Assembly: GCF_902652985.1 (NCBI RefSeq)
Contig: NC_047032.1
Coordinates: forward strand, 23,622,001 to 23,686,000
Direction of reading: 5' to 3'
DNA from: Pecten maximus
Taxonomy: Eukaryota
Length of the DNA stretch: 64,000 nt
Made by a program: the position numbers and the translations under genes. The notes below the pieces were generated by a model that was not told the origin of the DNA, ran no database searches, and worked only from the letters and a program-made list of their open reading frames with translations. Shown here one piece after another: positions 14,371 through 28,711 of the stretch (position 1 is its first letter; each line of letters opens with the position of its first letter).

Positions 14371-15569
14371 GGCCACACCAAATTATTCAGTTGTTCGTTG
14401 GAAATCCAGCGTCAAAAATGTCCATCTCCAGAAAAAAATAAAATACAAATTTTGTCGCACACCTACGGAAAAATCGACAAATCTTTTTTCTCTGGCATTT
14501 TTAACACACCTAGATGCTCGAAACACGAGTCGTGTAAGCGTCTCGTTGATTCTGATGAATAATAACAAAAAATGGAAGACAGAAACCGCAAGGGAATATG
14601 AGATATAGGTCCACAACTAAATGAATACAAGAAACCGACTTTGGACATACTTTAAGAATTAATATGGGTATTTTGATAGTAAGTGTACATAGGGGCGCAG
14701 CTGCACAAATGTCTAACACGGCCATCGATGCCAACGATGATGAAACAATTTGCGATTTATTCATCAAGCAGCGCAGCATCCGACATGCCATTCGATAATC
14801 TGGAGAAGATTAAAATATCAGCTATGCATTTGAAACTTGAATCGATAGAAATATCTTATAAAACCATCGCTCTGTCTCTGTGTGCAGAGTTGAAATATAA
14901 ATTCGTTGTTATATACTAATCAGTATTGTTTTCCGTCTATCTTACAGGATGTATACAATTTCACATTGAGATCTAGTATTGCAATTTAATTTAATGTGGT
15001 CAAGATATTTATAGTTCATTTACTTCCTCTGTTCTGTTTAGGTATGAAATCACTCATTATGTTCATTTCACTGCATTACATGATTGAAAAATGTAGCTCG
15101 ATGATATTTTGTTATGGCTATTTCATATAAGTAATCATTGTGGGTTGGATGGAAAATGGGTTGTTTGAGTCAACTATTTAATACTTCACATTTGTTGTGA
15201 ATTCTTCAAAAACATTTCTCTCATTCCCCAATATTCTGCTTTTTTATATGGTATTTTTATGTTATTTATTTTTTTATGTTATTTATAAATGATACAAGCA
15301 TAATTTTATCCAGAAAAAGTATGTCCATAAATAGTTGTTGGATTTTTAAAAATGCAAATTATTGTTTTTTTCGTTATTTGTGCATGAAATCTGGAATAAT
15401 ATACAAGTTAAGACTCAAGTTAAAAAAAAATATATCGCTCGCACGACATCAGGACCCTTCGCCTCTTAAAATCTCAAAATGAAATTTCCGGCAAAATAAA
15501 AATTTTGCTCCCTCGCTCCCTTTCATTTTTCCAATTTCCCAACGAACAACTCATTAATTTGATGTGGCC
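14371..15569. mobile_element. PIF/Harbinger-type non-autonomous element, ~1.2 kb
   Basis: TIR GGCCACACCAAATT..GTTGTTCGTTGG / CCAACGAACAAC..AATTTGATGTGGCC; TTA on both flanks. Confidence 0.85.
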
Positions 15570-16284
15570 TTATTGTCTCATATACTAGTAATGTCCTGTG
15601 AGTGTTCTAACCTTATATCAGATTGTCAAATATGTCAGCTCTAGTGCATTCAGGTTTTTTTATATTTATAAACCATTCGATACAAACAATCTTTTTTCAT
15701 CCTTTTGAATTTAAGGGCAAGTTATTAATGACAGGACATAGTCTAATGTTAAAAAGCTATTTAAATAATACAACAATTAAAATCTTAAATAAATTTTGTA
15801 ATATTTTTGTGTTGCATGTTCAAACATATAATGACATTACAAATTTAGTATTTTGATATCATCATCATTACAGATGACATAAGCATTAGCTTTTAAGCTC
15901 TCCATTACAAGAAAAAGTATGTGGGCTAACTGTGAAAGTTTAGTTAGCTTAAAATTACTTTCATGATAGGTAGCTTACAGGACTGGAGAGATACATTTAA
16001 TATGTTCATAAACATCAACATTCATTTCAATGTGTGGTAAAAGGAGGAAACTCTGTGGGGATATACTTTTGTCATTTGAACAAATTCGACAAATATACAA
16101 GCATAACTTTGTTGACATGTGAACATTCTTGAAATTCCGGGAAAAAAGGGAGTATTCCCGGAGTTGTCTCCCTTCTTTACCTTGGAATACACAACATTAT
16201 AAACGCACATCCAGATCATATGTTCATGAACATTTTACAAACATATATTAACTGATGATAGTAATTTTGAAGGGAGTGTAATCA

Positions 16285-16596
<312 letters not shown>

Positions 16597-16658
16597 TTAG
16601 ATTCGGCTTGCTGTTATCGGCATAATTAGGTAATTTCATCTCATTCGGGCATTGGCTA

Positions 16659-16844
<186 letters not shown>

Positions 16845-16988
16845 CTACCAACGTCCATCCAGGACACGTAAAATATCCTTAAGAATTCATCAAACATAAA
16901 ACGGAGGAGGAATAACAGAATAAAACAAGGATACAAGGCTAAAAGTATCTACTCCATCGTCAGTTTCGAATAGAGCTACATTTAGCCG

Positions 16989-17000
16989 CGTGACGTCACG
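16989..17000. promoter_or_regulatory. CRE-like palindrome CGTGACGTCACG about 160 bp upstream of the scrib ATG
   Basis: Perfect TGACGTCA core inside a 12-bp palindrome at the expected promoter position. Confidence 0.5.
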
Positions 17001-17946
17001 ATCTACCCATCATGCATTTGCACAACAGGTACGCGATTTAATCTTCCCGTACCGAAATAGGTGCGATAAATTGTTATATTAACTTCCTTTTTTTTCGCAT
17101 GGAGTACGACAAGCTGCTGGGTCGTACACCATTCACAATCAGTACAAATGTATGTACATATCATTAGCGTGTTGTTAACTGGACGATCGGCCATGAAATA
17201 TGTTTAATTAGGCCCAGTCTGATGAAATGACAGGTGTGATTTTCTTACCTTGATCCTTTGGATAAGCTTTGTCGACTTACGGATTTGAATCTAAAGATCA
17301 CCGAAGTGATTTTAAAAGCAAATTGCGAAAACATATTATTATGATCGACTCAGTCATGAAAAAATGAAAAACTAAACACAATTTGAAGTACCGTTACATT
17401 GAATTATAGGTATAAACGTTAATTATTTTTTCTTTTATAAATTTGGAAAACTGACTAGTAATCAGTTTTTCACCCTACCTTCTAAAGCTGATCTTAATAC
17501 AAAAACAATAAAATGATTGATTAGCTTTGAACTGGTGAACTGTCGTGTTTTGTATTTGTCATCCTGAGCTGTGAGCAGTCATTCTAAACCTTACGCACAG
17601 GTACCCGCCTCGCCTGTCAATACACCAGTTCAAAATACAGCCCAAAGGGGGACAGAGTTGCAACATAATGTATTTCTTGCATCGGTTTTTGGAATCACGG
17701 GTGGGAACCTACATATATATATATATCATTTGTGTTGCTAAGTTATATACAATGTATATATTTATTAGCACAATGTATCATATACACTATGTGTTGGTGA
17801 TCCAAAGATATAGATTTGAATTTCCTGTCGTAGTTGTACCGAGGGAAATATATATAATATATCGTCCTATAGACGACTTCCACAATGATTATGTCAGGGT
17901 ATCGGGCCGACCATCACCGCGCCATTGAAACGTTCTTTTTTAAGAA

Positions 17947-18090
17947 GGCCGATGTACATGTGGCGCAGCGGTATAGGCTGCGGGTATTTCTGGCTAGGCG
18001 ATTGGTTGCCGTAGATCGTGAGTTCGAGGCCCGGTCAGGGCACGAGGCAAACAGTTGTCTTCCTTCGTCATTTGTGTTGCTAAGTTATAT
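17947..18090 (+). mobile_element. tRNA-derived SINE
   Basis: A box TGGCGCAGCGG (17961) and B box GAGTTCGAGGCC (18020), (TA)n tail; its 3' part recurs near 17726. Confidence 0.6.
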
Positions 18091-18420
18091 ATATATATAT
18101 ATATGTACATGCTGATCAAGAGCAGACAATTCACCATATTGAGTCGTGCTATAGCAGGGGGAAAGTCTACCGAAATCGACCTGTAGGAAAATGTCTTTTG
18201 GGAGATCAAGAAAATAAAAAAAAAACACAAGTTTATCCTTCTTTGAAGTGTAATATCTACACTTTGTAATAATGGATATGAAAACCAACTAAAATACAGC
18301 ACAGATTTGTCGACATTTATCAACTCGGGAAATGGATTGAAAAAATGAGCTAGATTGTCTATATCAATATGGAAAAATATCATTTTTAACTTGACAATAA
18401 TGGCGTTCATTTAGCATTAA

Positions 18421-20093
18421 CGAAGCACGAGTGAAAATATCGAAATATTCAGTCATACGAATGAAATACGTGTTTTATTAAACCGGAAACCATTTAATTT
18501 TCTTTTTATTGCATTTTATAAACTTAAAAACAAAATTAAAAACATTGAAACATTATTAGTGTCAAAAAGTGCGGGAATCAGTTACATAATTCATGACGTC
18601 ATTTAAGCATTGAACGGCTTTCAGTTGGCATTCATAGTCAATATGAATGCCAACTGGACAGAGGCAAATTCAACATGAAGCGCGCGTTCAATGCTTATAT
18701 TTACCATCTGCGATTTTTTATTTGTCGTGCGATTTTTTTTTTTAATTTTCAAATTCAAATTTCAGTTGGCAGTTCATAAGCTGGTGAACTCGCAACTGAA
18801 TTGGTAGGGTTATATAGTGGCAGTGCCATACAATGGTAAATATATCTTTATGACGTTACTCCACATCAACTTGACGGCGCCATTTTGAAAGGACTGATCA
18901 ACACATTTTCTGTTTTTATCGGAGAATCTGTGCATGAATAGCTAGCGTCAAGTGAGTATTTTGCTAAAAACTAGTATGAATATTTCAGAAATACAGAAAA
19001 ATAACCAAGTTATCTATCTTCGCTTCGATTGGAAAAATCGGCAAGTTTCAATGAGGTTAATACAAAGAATAACTCTGATTGGTCAAAAACGAAAAACTTA
19101 TATTTTCACTACAAAATCTTATATTTTCACTGCTCATCGCTGAAGTGAAAATATAAGTTTTATTAGTTTGATAAATTTCTTTATTGCATTTTTGCCAGTG
19201 AAATATAGAAATTTCTACCACAATACGCTGTGTTATTCCACTCTCAAGCCATTCAATAATCGAATCACGTCACATCACCGGGTCCCGGACGTCACCGGTA
19301 CACTTTATTTGCATACGCGAAATTATACTTGGCCACATTTCCCTTTGATTCAAGCCGATATTATTGTGGTAGAAACAGGTTAAAGCTCGTGTCTTTTGTA
19401 ACCTTTAAAAAATAATTTGCTCGTGTGAAATAGATTTCATATCCAACAATCACGAGTCGTGTAACCTCTATTTATCAAGCTAATAAAACGTATAGTTTCA
19501 CTGCAGCGATGAGCAGTGAGAATATAAGATTTTGCAGTGAAAATATAAGATTTTGCAGTAAAAATATAAGTTTTGCAGTGGAAATTTAAGTTTTCCGTTT
19601 TTGACCAGTCAGAGCGAACCTTCGTATTCACCTCTTTGAAACTTGCCGATTTTTCCAATCGAAGCTGAAAAAGATATACTGGTTATTTTGTTGTATTTCT
19701 CTAATTTTTAGACTAGTTTTTGACAAAGTACTCACTTGACGTTAGCTTTTCATGTACAGATTCTCCTATAACAGCAGAAAACGCGTTGCGTTGATCATTC
19801 CTTTCAAAATGGCACCGTCAAGTTGACGTGGAGTAACGTCACAAAGAGATGACGTCATTACTGATTGCCGCACTTTTTGACACTATTAATTTTTCGATGT
19901 TTTTTATTTTGTTTTTAAGTTTATGAAATGCAATGAAAAGAAAATTGAATGGTTTCCCGTTAAATATAACATATATTTCACGAGTATGACAGAATATTTC
20001 GATATTTTTCACTCGTGCTTCGCACTCGTGAAAATATCGGTATTCTGTCATACTCGTGAAATATATGTTATATTAAACGGGAAACCATTCAAT
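18421..20093. mobile_element. Large foldback / inverted-repeat element
   Basis: 18421-19176 is the imperfect reverse complement of 19470-20022; extra hairpin at 19944-20093. Confidence 0.8.
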
Positions 20094-20707
20094 ATCCTTT
20101 ATCATATTTCACTGACAAAAAAAATGCAATAAAAATGTTTTCATATATGACCGTTGAAAGATGCACATACAAAAATAATACTGAGCACCATGGACCAATT
20201 CACTATTGACAAACAATAACATTAAGTCAGCACGATATATATACCCATTTCTACAACCTGTGTACATGTAATTTTAAACAAAAAGGCAAGCAAATGCTCA
20301 AAAGCTTTTTAATTCCTTTTCTGTGTGTATATCGTTTGAAATACTAATTTTGGTGATATAACATTTCAGTTTAACAGGGAAAACACCATTACATGCAATT
20401 TTACATTACAACATACTACACTTTTATCGACTTCGAAAATAGCAAATAGCGTATGTAACGCGTAAGATTGACGGGAACGACCATTACAAAGCCTAAAAAA
20501 CAGAACATAAAGAGTCAGGTATGATGTGATAAAGGGTAACCAAGTTTGATGATGAACCGCTATAAGCAGGGTGTAACGCTTACCGAGCAGGAAACGGGAC
20601 TCAAATATATCGGGTTACAATAAAAATGTAGAAACAGAAAGATGCTGGAGAATTTTAAAGACACATTTTGAATGTGCCTGAGCTGGAATTATTAAAGTAA
20701 TTAATAC

Positions 20708-20790
20708 AGTGGAACTTCGTTAACTCGAACTCGACGGGACCACAAGAAAAAATATCGAGTTATTCGAGTGTTCGAATTAAGCGAGATGTC
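20708..20790 (+). mobile_element. Tc1/mariner-pogo-type MITE end (partial)
   Basis: TA followed by CAGTGGAACTTCGTTAACTCGAACTCG...; no matching opposite end found. Confidence 0.45.
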
Positions 20791-23029
20791 GTTCTGTCAC
20801 TCGTAGTGTTAATGTAGTTTGACGATATATCAGATTTGAGAAGCGCTCCCTTGAGAGGGTATATTATTCCCAATTTTGTCCACTGGTTGATTTTTACGTA
20901 CATTTGGTCTTAGTTGAAAGTTGTCCGTATATTATTAGTAAACTGAGAAACGTCAAATAAAATTAAAGTACTGAAAGTACTGTAGCGCTAAAACTCTTGT
21001 GCAATTTTATCAGTTGACAATGCTTTATAAGTCTTTTCTTTTCTGTTGGAATTTTATCACAAGCATGATTTTCCTTGTTTTTGAGCAAGTAAGTATTCAA
21101 TTCTCCCATTGGTTCATTACTGTACTTTGACCGATAACATATTTTGACCTGACCAACCTCACATGCCCATTGTGTTAATTTTAGTTAGTCAAAATGTGTT
21201 AGGTAACATTGAATATGGTTGATGTTAACTTGTTCAAGCACTCTAAGATAAGTTGAATCTGAAAGAATGAAGAACCTGAAGGAAACCCGCTATATTCTGA
21301 TTCAGTTATTGCAGGGAAAGGGTAGGTGGTATCTCTTGTCAATAAACGGGCCATAAATCCACCGATTGCAAAAGTGGCAATCGAACATGGCCGAGCTGTT
21401 AAGGCATTTCAACTTGTTACCAAGTCTGATGGAAATCTCTCCGAATAGTTAATTTCGAGAAACTGACAATGAAATTTGGAAACCTATATGGCATTTAACC
21501 AGGTCACCAGAAAAAAAGGTCCAACATTTATTGCACGAAAGTGAAGTGTGAAATATGGACGAACGCAAACTAATAACTAATATGTCCATCTATATACATG
21601 TATACGACGTACGACAAGAAACGTGACGTCACGTTCACTGGATGCCAAACATATTTGGTCAAAACAGGTTATACTTACTTATTTTCCTAGCTAAATCTAT
21701 GCATCATTACTATTTTGGAAAACCTGAACGGGTAATGTTTATCAGTACGTCCTTTTCCGCATCTTCAAATAAATTCATCTATTTGAGCGTTTGAAAAAGA
21801 ACTCTTAAAACAAATTCCTTAGACTTGCAATTTGGAAACGGATCTTATCTTTACTCTTCTTTCTAAAAACACATTCTTCTTCCTAATGTCTCAATTGACA
21901 ATGTCCCACTTTTGACCTTTAGTTGAGCGTTCGCCGCTGTGAGGAAGGTTTACGTCTGTCTCTAAAATGGTAGTTTCTGCTTCTGTTTAGCGCTCAGAAA
22001 GTAAAATGTGACTTGGTTGGGTGTCCTGCTGGGTATACTGCTGGGTGTCTTCGGAAGTATACTTCAGTGAGGTAGCACTATAAAATTGATATCAGCTCTG
22101 CGCTATCACAAGGAGACAAACACGAACATGGCGTAGCCTCCCAACACACACCTTCCCCACACGCAGACATCTCGGACATGGGAGAGACCGTCCTTAAGTG
22201 ACATTAGATGTTGATAGGACGTTAAACAATACTAATCTTTTCCGTAGATACATATCGGGCACTTAGAGGGGGAAACCTGTGTGTAGAGTATGTTTTTATA
22301 TGTTTGAGGATAATCAATTCTACTACCGTTTAAATGTATAGTAATCTGTTTCTCGGCATGTTTACTTTGGTATTGTGTTGAGAATCATCAACAACAACAC
22401 GAGTTGGGATTTAGGTTGTAGTTAGGAGAACTATTGCCAGTTAATGAACACAGATTGCTATCCAATATAAGCATTGGATATTGTCTGCTAGCATAAGAAA
22501 GTATAGCTACAAAACGCCCACAATTCACATATATATTTTCTGGCGTTTCTTCGCCAGCAACATAACACATGTAACAACAACATCAACATTCTAGGAAAAA
22601 AGGAAAGCCATTTTTAAAATGACTACAGCTATAGATCCGGTACTCATTAAATAGTTTATCTATTTTACCATGGCCAGCAATATTTGCTTCAGAAATAAAA
22701 GAGGATAAGTTATGTCTTTTGTCAGCAAAACACATGTGACATAACTGTTATGTTATGTTATAACTGAGCGGATGTCATAACTGAGCGGCCGGGTACTGCG
22801 GCCTACCCACATGACAGGCGGGAGGACGAGCAGCCCGGACCGACTGAGCGGCCGGGTACTGTGGCCTCCCCACCTGTCTGTCTGTCTGCCTGCCAGCCTG
22901 TTCGGTCGGTCGGTCGGTCTCTGATTGGTCCAAATTTAGATATTGTCTTATTTCAATAAAATAGGGGTATTATGGGACAGCAAATTCAACTTAATGGGTT
23001 TCATTTCCTTGGCATCAACACAGTTTTAT

Positions 23030-23243
23030 TTATTTTTGTTTGACGTCCTATTAAAAGCTATGGTCATTTAGAAACGTGCCTGGGTTTTGGTGGTGGGGGA
23101 AAGCTGGACTACCCAGAGAAAAACCACCGACCTACGGTCAGTACCAGGCAACTGTCCCAAGTGGGTTTCGAACTCGCAACCCCGAGGTGGAGGGCTAGTA
23201 ATACAATTGTTGGGACACCTTAATCACTTGGCCTCCGCGGCCC
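23030..23243 (-). mobile_element. tRNA-derived SINE; related tail fragments near 13390-13650, 22050-22230 and 57310-57370
   Basis: Minus strand starts GGGCCGCGG, B-box-like GAGTTCGAAACCC, shared ...AGGACGT(T/C)AAAC tail. Confidence 0.65.
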
Positions 23244-23362
23244 AACAACACATAGTTTTCTCATTGGTTGAATTTTAGATATTGAGCGGTTTTGATGAAA
23301 ACTGCCGAAACAGAGTTATCGCCCCTCACTACGCTTCATTCTTTCTGTGGCATCCTTCAGGT

Positions 23363-23459
23363 CACAGGGGCTTGGCACGATTTTCCAAATGATAGTCTAT
23401 ATATACTATATACATATATATATAGACTATCATTTGGAAAATCGTGCCAAGCCCCTGTG
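23363..23459. mobile_element. 97-bp palindromic MITE with 8-bp TSD (hAT- or P-type)
   Basis: ~43-bp perfect TIRs starting CACAGGGGCTTGGCACG; CTTCAGGT on both flanks. Confidence 0.9.
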
Positions 23460-24559
23460 CTTCAGGTGTCACCCCACTAGTAAAAAGAATTCATTATAAT
23501 TAATACATGGTGATTAGTGAGCCATATCTTAAATATCTAAACATATGCGAATGCTTAAAAAAAACAATATTTTATCTTCGCCTCCGAGTGGTCTATGCTT
23601 GTTTAAAATGAATCACGATGGCCCTAAATGACCACAACCGTCGTTGGGTCGTTAAACCGAAACAAACAAAGCGATCGCCGATATCTTAACACTAATAACA
23701 CTGTATGGTTAATAAAACCTGGATACCCGGCCTTTGTATTTACCATTAGTTTTGTCTTTTTTTTTGTTTTCTTTTTCCAAATGAGTTTAAGACAGAAATT
23801 AGGTAAAACAGTAGTAGCTTCAGTAAAAACAGTTACTTCTCAAACCTTTAAAATAGAACAATGAAAAAGGAAAATGAACCTCATCTTCAATTTCACCATA
23901 GTCACAAATTATCGACCTGTATGGAAAGAGGGAGACAACCTAAATGGTGTCGCGATCGGGAATCAAATCCTACATGTATTTTAAGGGTCATCTATATCGG
24001 AGAAAAATGTTTTATACACAAATGAATGTCTATGAATTTGCCCAAAACTAATCCCAATGTACCGAAATGTTTGCTGGACATGTAGTGTCATAAATCACCA
24101 GTAATTTGCTATAGATGCTAACAGTTTCTTCAGTAGAGTTACGTCAACGTGCACACCGCCATATTTGGGGGCACGGCTACGAAGTGGCACGGATTATCAG
24201 AGGTGTGAAATCATGTTGATATTGTTCCATTAAGGATTTATTCGTAGCAAATACTTATATCACGGAACCCAGGGATGCCTGGAGTATACATGTATCTAGA
24301 CGTAATCAGGTTGAATATATATCGTTTTCTTATCCACATCTTTTGGTTGATCGCCAAAATTACCAAACGAGCATGATGAAAATTGTATGTCCCGGATGAC
24401 TGCAATGCTATTAAACAGGCATAACGCTTATACAACGTTTTTAGAAAGATGCAGGGAAATAGGTATTTAATCATACCCAATACTTTTTCATTGACGATCA
24501 GTCGTGTAACAGTTGTGTGAGCTTAGTGGTAACGAGTGCAAGGAGTTCGATTGATGAGT

Positions 24560-25995
24560 TGTGCCGTGACAATATTGGTATGTTTGTAAAAATATTTGTT
24601 ATTTTATATGCCGACGATACAGTTTTAAAGTCGAAAACAGCAGAAGGTTTACAAACAATGTTAAATAAGTTCAACGAATACTGTCAAATATGGAAGCTTA
24701 CAGTTAATGCTAAGAAATCAAAAATTGTCATATTTTCTAAAAGAAGGACAAAGACAAGGCATACTTTTTTATTTTATAATCAGCAATTAGACATCCAAGA
24801 CTTTTTTTCATACTTAGGGGTATTTTTCAATTATAATGCAAAGTTTACGACGACCAAAAACCATTTATCTGATCAAGCAAAAAAAAAAACACTTTTTGCT
24901 GTGTATCGAAAAATAAGAAATATAAATCTACCAGTTGACTTACAATTTAAATTATTCGATTCATTGGTTGCTCCAATTTTGTTATACTCGTGTGATATAT
25001 GGGGATATGAGAATGTAAGTCAACTTAAAAAAATACATTTACAATTTTGCAAACGAATTCTCGGTTTAAGAAAAAATACATCTAATTTTATGATATATGG
25101 TGAGACAGGAAGGTATCCAATTGCAGTTGATATTAAATTGAGAATAATTAAATTGAGAATAATTAAATTTTGGTATACTCTTATTAAAAGTGAAAATAAA
25201 CTGTCTAGCCGTATATACAAATTGATGTATTCTCTCTATGAATCTGGTCAAATTAAATTTAAATGGATTGATTATGTTAAAGATATCTTAGACAATGTCG
25301 GAGTAAGTTTTGTGTGGATGCAACAGAAAATATGTTTACCTGATATCAATCACTTAAAAAAATAATTGCACAAAAATTACACGATCAGTTCATTCAGACT
25401 TGGTTTGATCAGCTGTAAACCCCTCACGAGAACTTATAGTATATTTAAAGACAACTTTGGCACATAAAGGACAGGAAGGTACTTTGTAAATTTAGAACTT
25501 CCAACATAAAATTTCCGGTCGAAACAGGAAGATGGACAGGTATTCAACAAGACAGAATATGTCCACTTTGTTATACGGGTATAGGAGATGAATTCCATTT
25601 TTTATTTATTTGTAATAATTATAACGTAATACAGTTAAGACGCAAATATATTCCTTCCTACTTTTACAAAATAAAACAACTATTATAAAATGAAAGGAAT
25701 GTTTACAATCTTTAATAAAAAACTGTTAATAAACGTAAGCCTATATGTCCAAAAACTATGTAATATGTTATGATGACATCACAATAATTAGTGGTACTGT
25801 TTTCCTTTTTTGCATTCAGTATTTCATCAGTTCTATCTATATATAATATTTTAAATGATTCCAATATTGTAAGAACACTGCATGTATCAATATTGCCTGT
25901 CATGCTTGTAACATGAAAACAAATATTTGACCTCTTGTTACACACGCTGTGTGTCAGAGTGAATAAAGAAATCTTGAAATCTTGAAATCTTGAAT
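24560..25995 (+). mobile_element. 5'-truncated RTE-X-like LINE (RT C-terminal part)
   Basis: LYADDTVL...WKLTVNAKKSK, LYSCDIWG, GETGRYP, then frameshifted PVETGRW..CPLC..GDEFHFL..C; (GAAATCTT)n tail. Confidence 0.88.
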
Positions 25996-27214
25996 CCCGA
26001 AGAGTTCGATATTATTTTTTTACCTTGATAATAACAGTATTTTTGGATGGTGTGTTGTTTGTGTGTGTATTCCTTGTTTGTGGATATTCGGTGTATCTGG
26101 TTTTATCCGTCTTTTTTATATTTCTCATTCTCTCCTTTACATTCATTATTACCGCCATCCTTACAGACAACATAAATAGCATACCCCAACGACCAAGAAC
26201 ATTGGATTTTTTAATGTTAAGAATCAAAATATGTAAATAAGGAATACGATTAATTAATGTTAATTAACATACACAAATGAACGTTCACACAATAGATTTG
26301 TTTGTTTTTCTACATCTAGATCCGTTTAGTTTTCTTTCATTTATACGGTATTTGGTCAATCGAGTTATATGGGATGTACATTGTGAAATTACGTTGTTTT
26401 TTTTAGTGTAAATAATGTCACAAACGAATCTGAAGCCAATATTGGATAAAAGTTATAGATACAGATGTTGTTAATGGTCTAAAGGCCTGTGTTGGTAATA
26501 CCCTACCATTTGTTTAACACGTATCGTACTCCTGACCAACATAAGTGTGTCTCAGATTGTACAATAACCTAGTATGATACAGCACGAGCACATGTAATTC
26601 ACGTAAAAGTGCCAAGTGTAAAATTGATATTACCCACGAGTAAATGTAAAATCAGCCCACCGATTCGAACGCTATATCATATCAATGGTTGAGTCTTATA
26701 TACATAAATTAAACGGATTTTCAGTAGCATGAACACGTGAACCGACGAAAAAAGTTTATTTCGTATCTAAGATTCCTTAAAGTTAATATCACTGGGATCG
26801 TGCAAACTTCTAATGGAATTTAGTCTCCGAGATTTGCCGTAACATGCATGTCACGTTTTTATTTATTTGCTTGGTGACATAGCTTGCATATACATTGTAC
26901 TCGCACATTCTAACGAAATCCATTTTTTTAAAATTATGAAATTGATTGAATTATGCACTTTTCGTCCAAGTAGGACGAAACATGTATGGTGGATTTTTTC
27001 AAATTGTATTGAGAAGTTGAGAAGTGTTAACATCTTGTGTGTCTTTTGAACTCGGCACCAGTTGTTCCGTCTCTAGTCGGTTAAGCATTCGACGTGTTAG
27101 CGCCCAGTCAACGTCGATCAAAACATCCTTCCGGAAAAGCTCGGTCGGAAGAGATCAGAAGCCGTCAATTTTACTTAATATGGCATTAACCAGCTTCAGT
27201 ATCTAACACACTTA

Positions 27215-27442
27215 GGTCTACAGGGATGGGTTTGTTACCCTGTTGTGATCGGGTTGTAGAGTATCTGACAAGCCCAGGTCTACAGGGATGTTGTGTGTTA
27301 CCCTGTTGTGGTCGGGTTGTAGAGTATCTGACAAGCCCAGGTCTACAGGGATGGGTTTGTTACCCTGTTGTGGTCGAGTTGTAGAGTATCTGACAAGCCC
27401 AGGTCTACAGGGATGGTTTTGTTACCCTGTTGTGGTCGAGTT
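27215..27442. repeat. ~62-bp tandem repeat, ~3.5 copies
   Basis: aggtctacagggatgg..tgttaccctgttgtggtcg..ttgtagagtatctgacaagccc. Confidence 0.85.
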
Positions 27443-27941
27443 CATGGGCAAGACACTATACCCAGACGGATTGCTCTGGGTAGCATGCGACTAATTTCCT
27501 ATATTTTTGTTCAGTGGGGAAGCTACCAGCTACTACACGTACAAGAAAACTCCAAATAACCATGATTATTCACGGGGTGATAAAAAAAGAAAATAAGATA
27601 TCATGGTTGACACGGACAGGAAACACTTTGTCTATCAGTGGACAAAGATAAAAAGAAACAAGTTTTATCGTTAAAAACTGTTTAATGTTACTATCAATAA
27701 AAGAACATATTTATAATACATCGCGTCTGGAGAATAATGAATTCTGATGACAAATAAAAAATAAGAAAGGCACAATAGATTTATAGTGTTTGGTGGCACA
27801 AAAGAGCAAGGTACACTTTTGAAGATTTGTATATTAGCCTTTTATCTATGTCTCTGAAATCATCTGGACCAATTAGTGACATAATCGAACGATTACTGTC
27901 ACCATAAATTAAAAAGCATTTTCTGAAATTATCAAAAGTTT

Positions 27942-28711
27942 TCACAGTCGTTTAATTTTCCAGGCGTGTTTCCATATATGAGATAGACACACTGTGGAAT
28001 GAAACCGGAAGAAGATGGAGAGCGGCACGGACACATGGGTAAATATGCCCCAGGCTTCCGGTCCGTAAAACTGTAGCTGTACAGGATTGTGGGCGGCGTC
28101 CTTGATCTGAAATGTTGTATTTCCCCACATTGTTATATTACACAGAAGCAGAAAAGTGATAAATTCCCTTCCCTCCTTTTTTGTTGCGTTCGTTTGATTT
28201 CCGGCCGACATTCCCATCCCCATTATCAGCAACATTGTCTGAAGTGTCGCTTGTATCATCGCAAAACAATTGGTAACAATCGTTAAGGCGCCTTCAAGTG
28301 TGTCAATGAAATAAACAGCAGCGAAAATACTAAACACCGAAAACATGAAAAGTCCACTGAAAGATAGCCATGCCAGAATCGTTTCCAGCTCCTCTGTTAA
28401 GTGTCTTGAAAATTGCAAGTGGCGCATGCGCCATACCGCGAAAATAGTTGCAACGATCATAAAAGCGTACGTGACGATTTCACATAAGTAAACTACTAAG
28501 ACGATCACGTGACTATCGTCGTCCGTGTTCACGACAACGCTAAAGAGGATCATTGAAATAAGTGAGGCAATAAATGTCAAAATTCCAAGAAACAGACCCC
28601 GACTGGAGCTTCCGCAGTCAACACTAATCCAGTGGTTGTGTGTTACGTCACCGTTTGTTGTGGTCCTTTTAGCCTTCGTGCCGACATTCTGCCACAGCAC
28701 AAAGAAGATGC
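27942..28711 (-). CDS. Otop: Otopetrin last coding exon (C-domain)
   Basis: IFFVLWQNVG...VDCGSSSRGLFLG...GREFITFLLLCNITMW...QFYGPEAW...PLSIFFRFHSTVCLSHIWK to TGA; spliced CDS totals 1713 nt (570 aa). Confidence 0.96.

Noticed and set aside
17947-18045. Functional tRNA gene
   Set aside because: A and B boxes are present, but no clean cloverleaf is evident and there is a (TA)n tail; better explained as a SINE.
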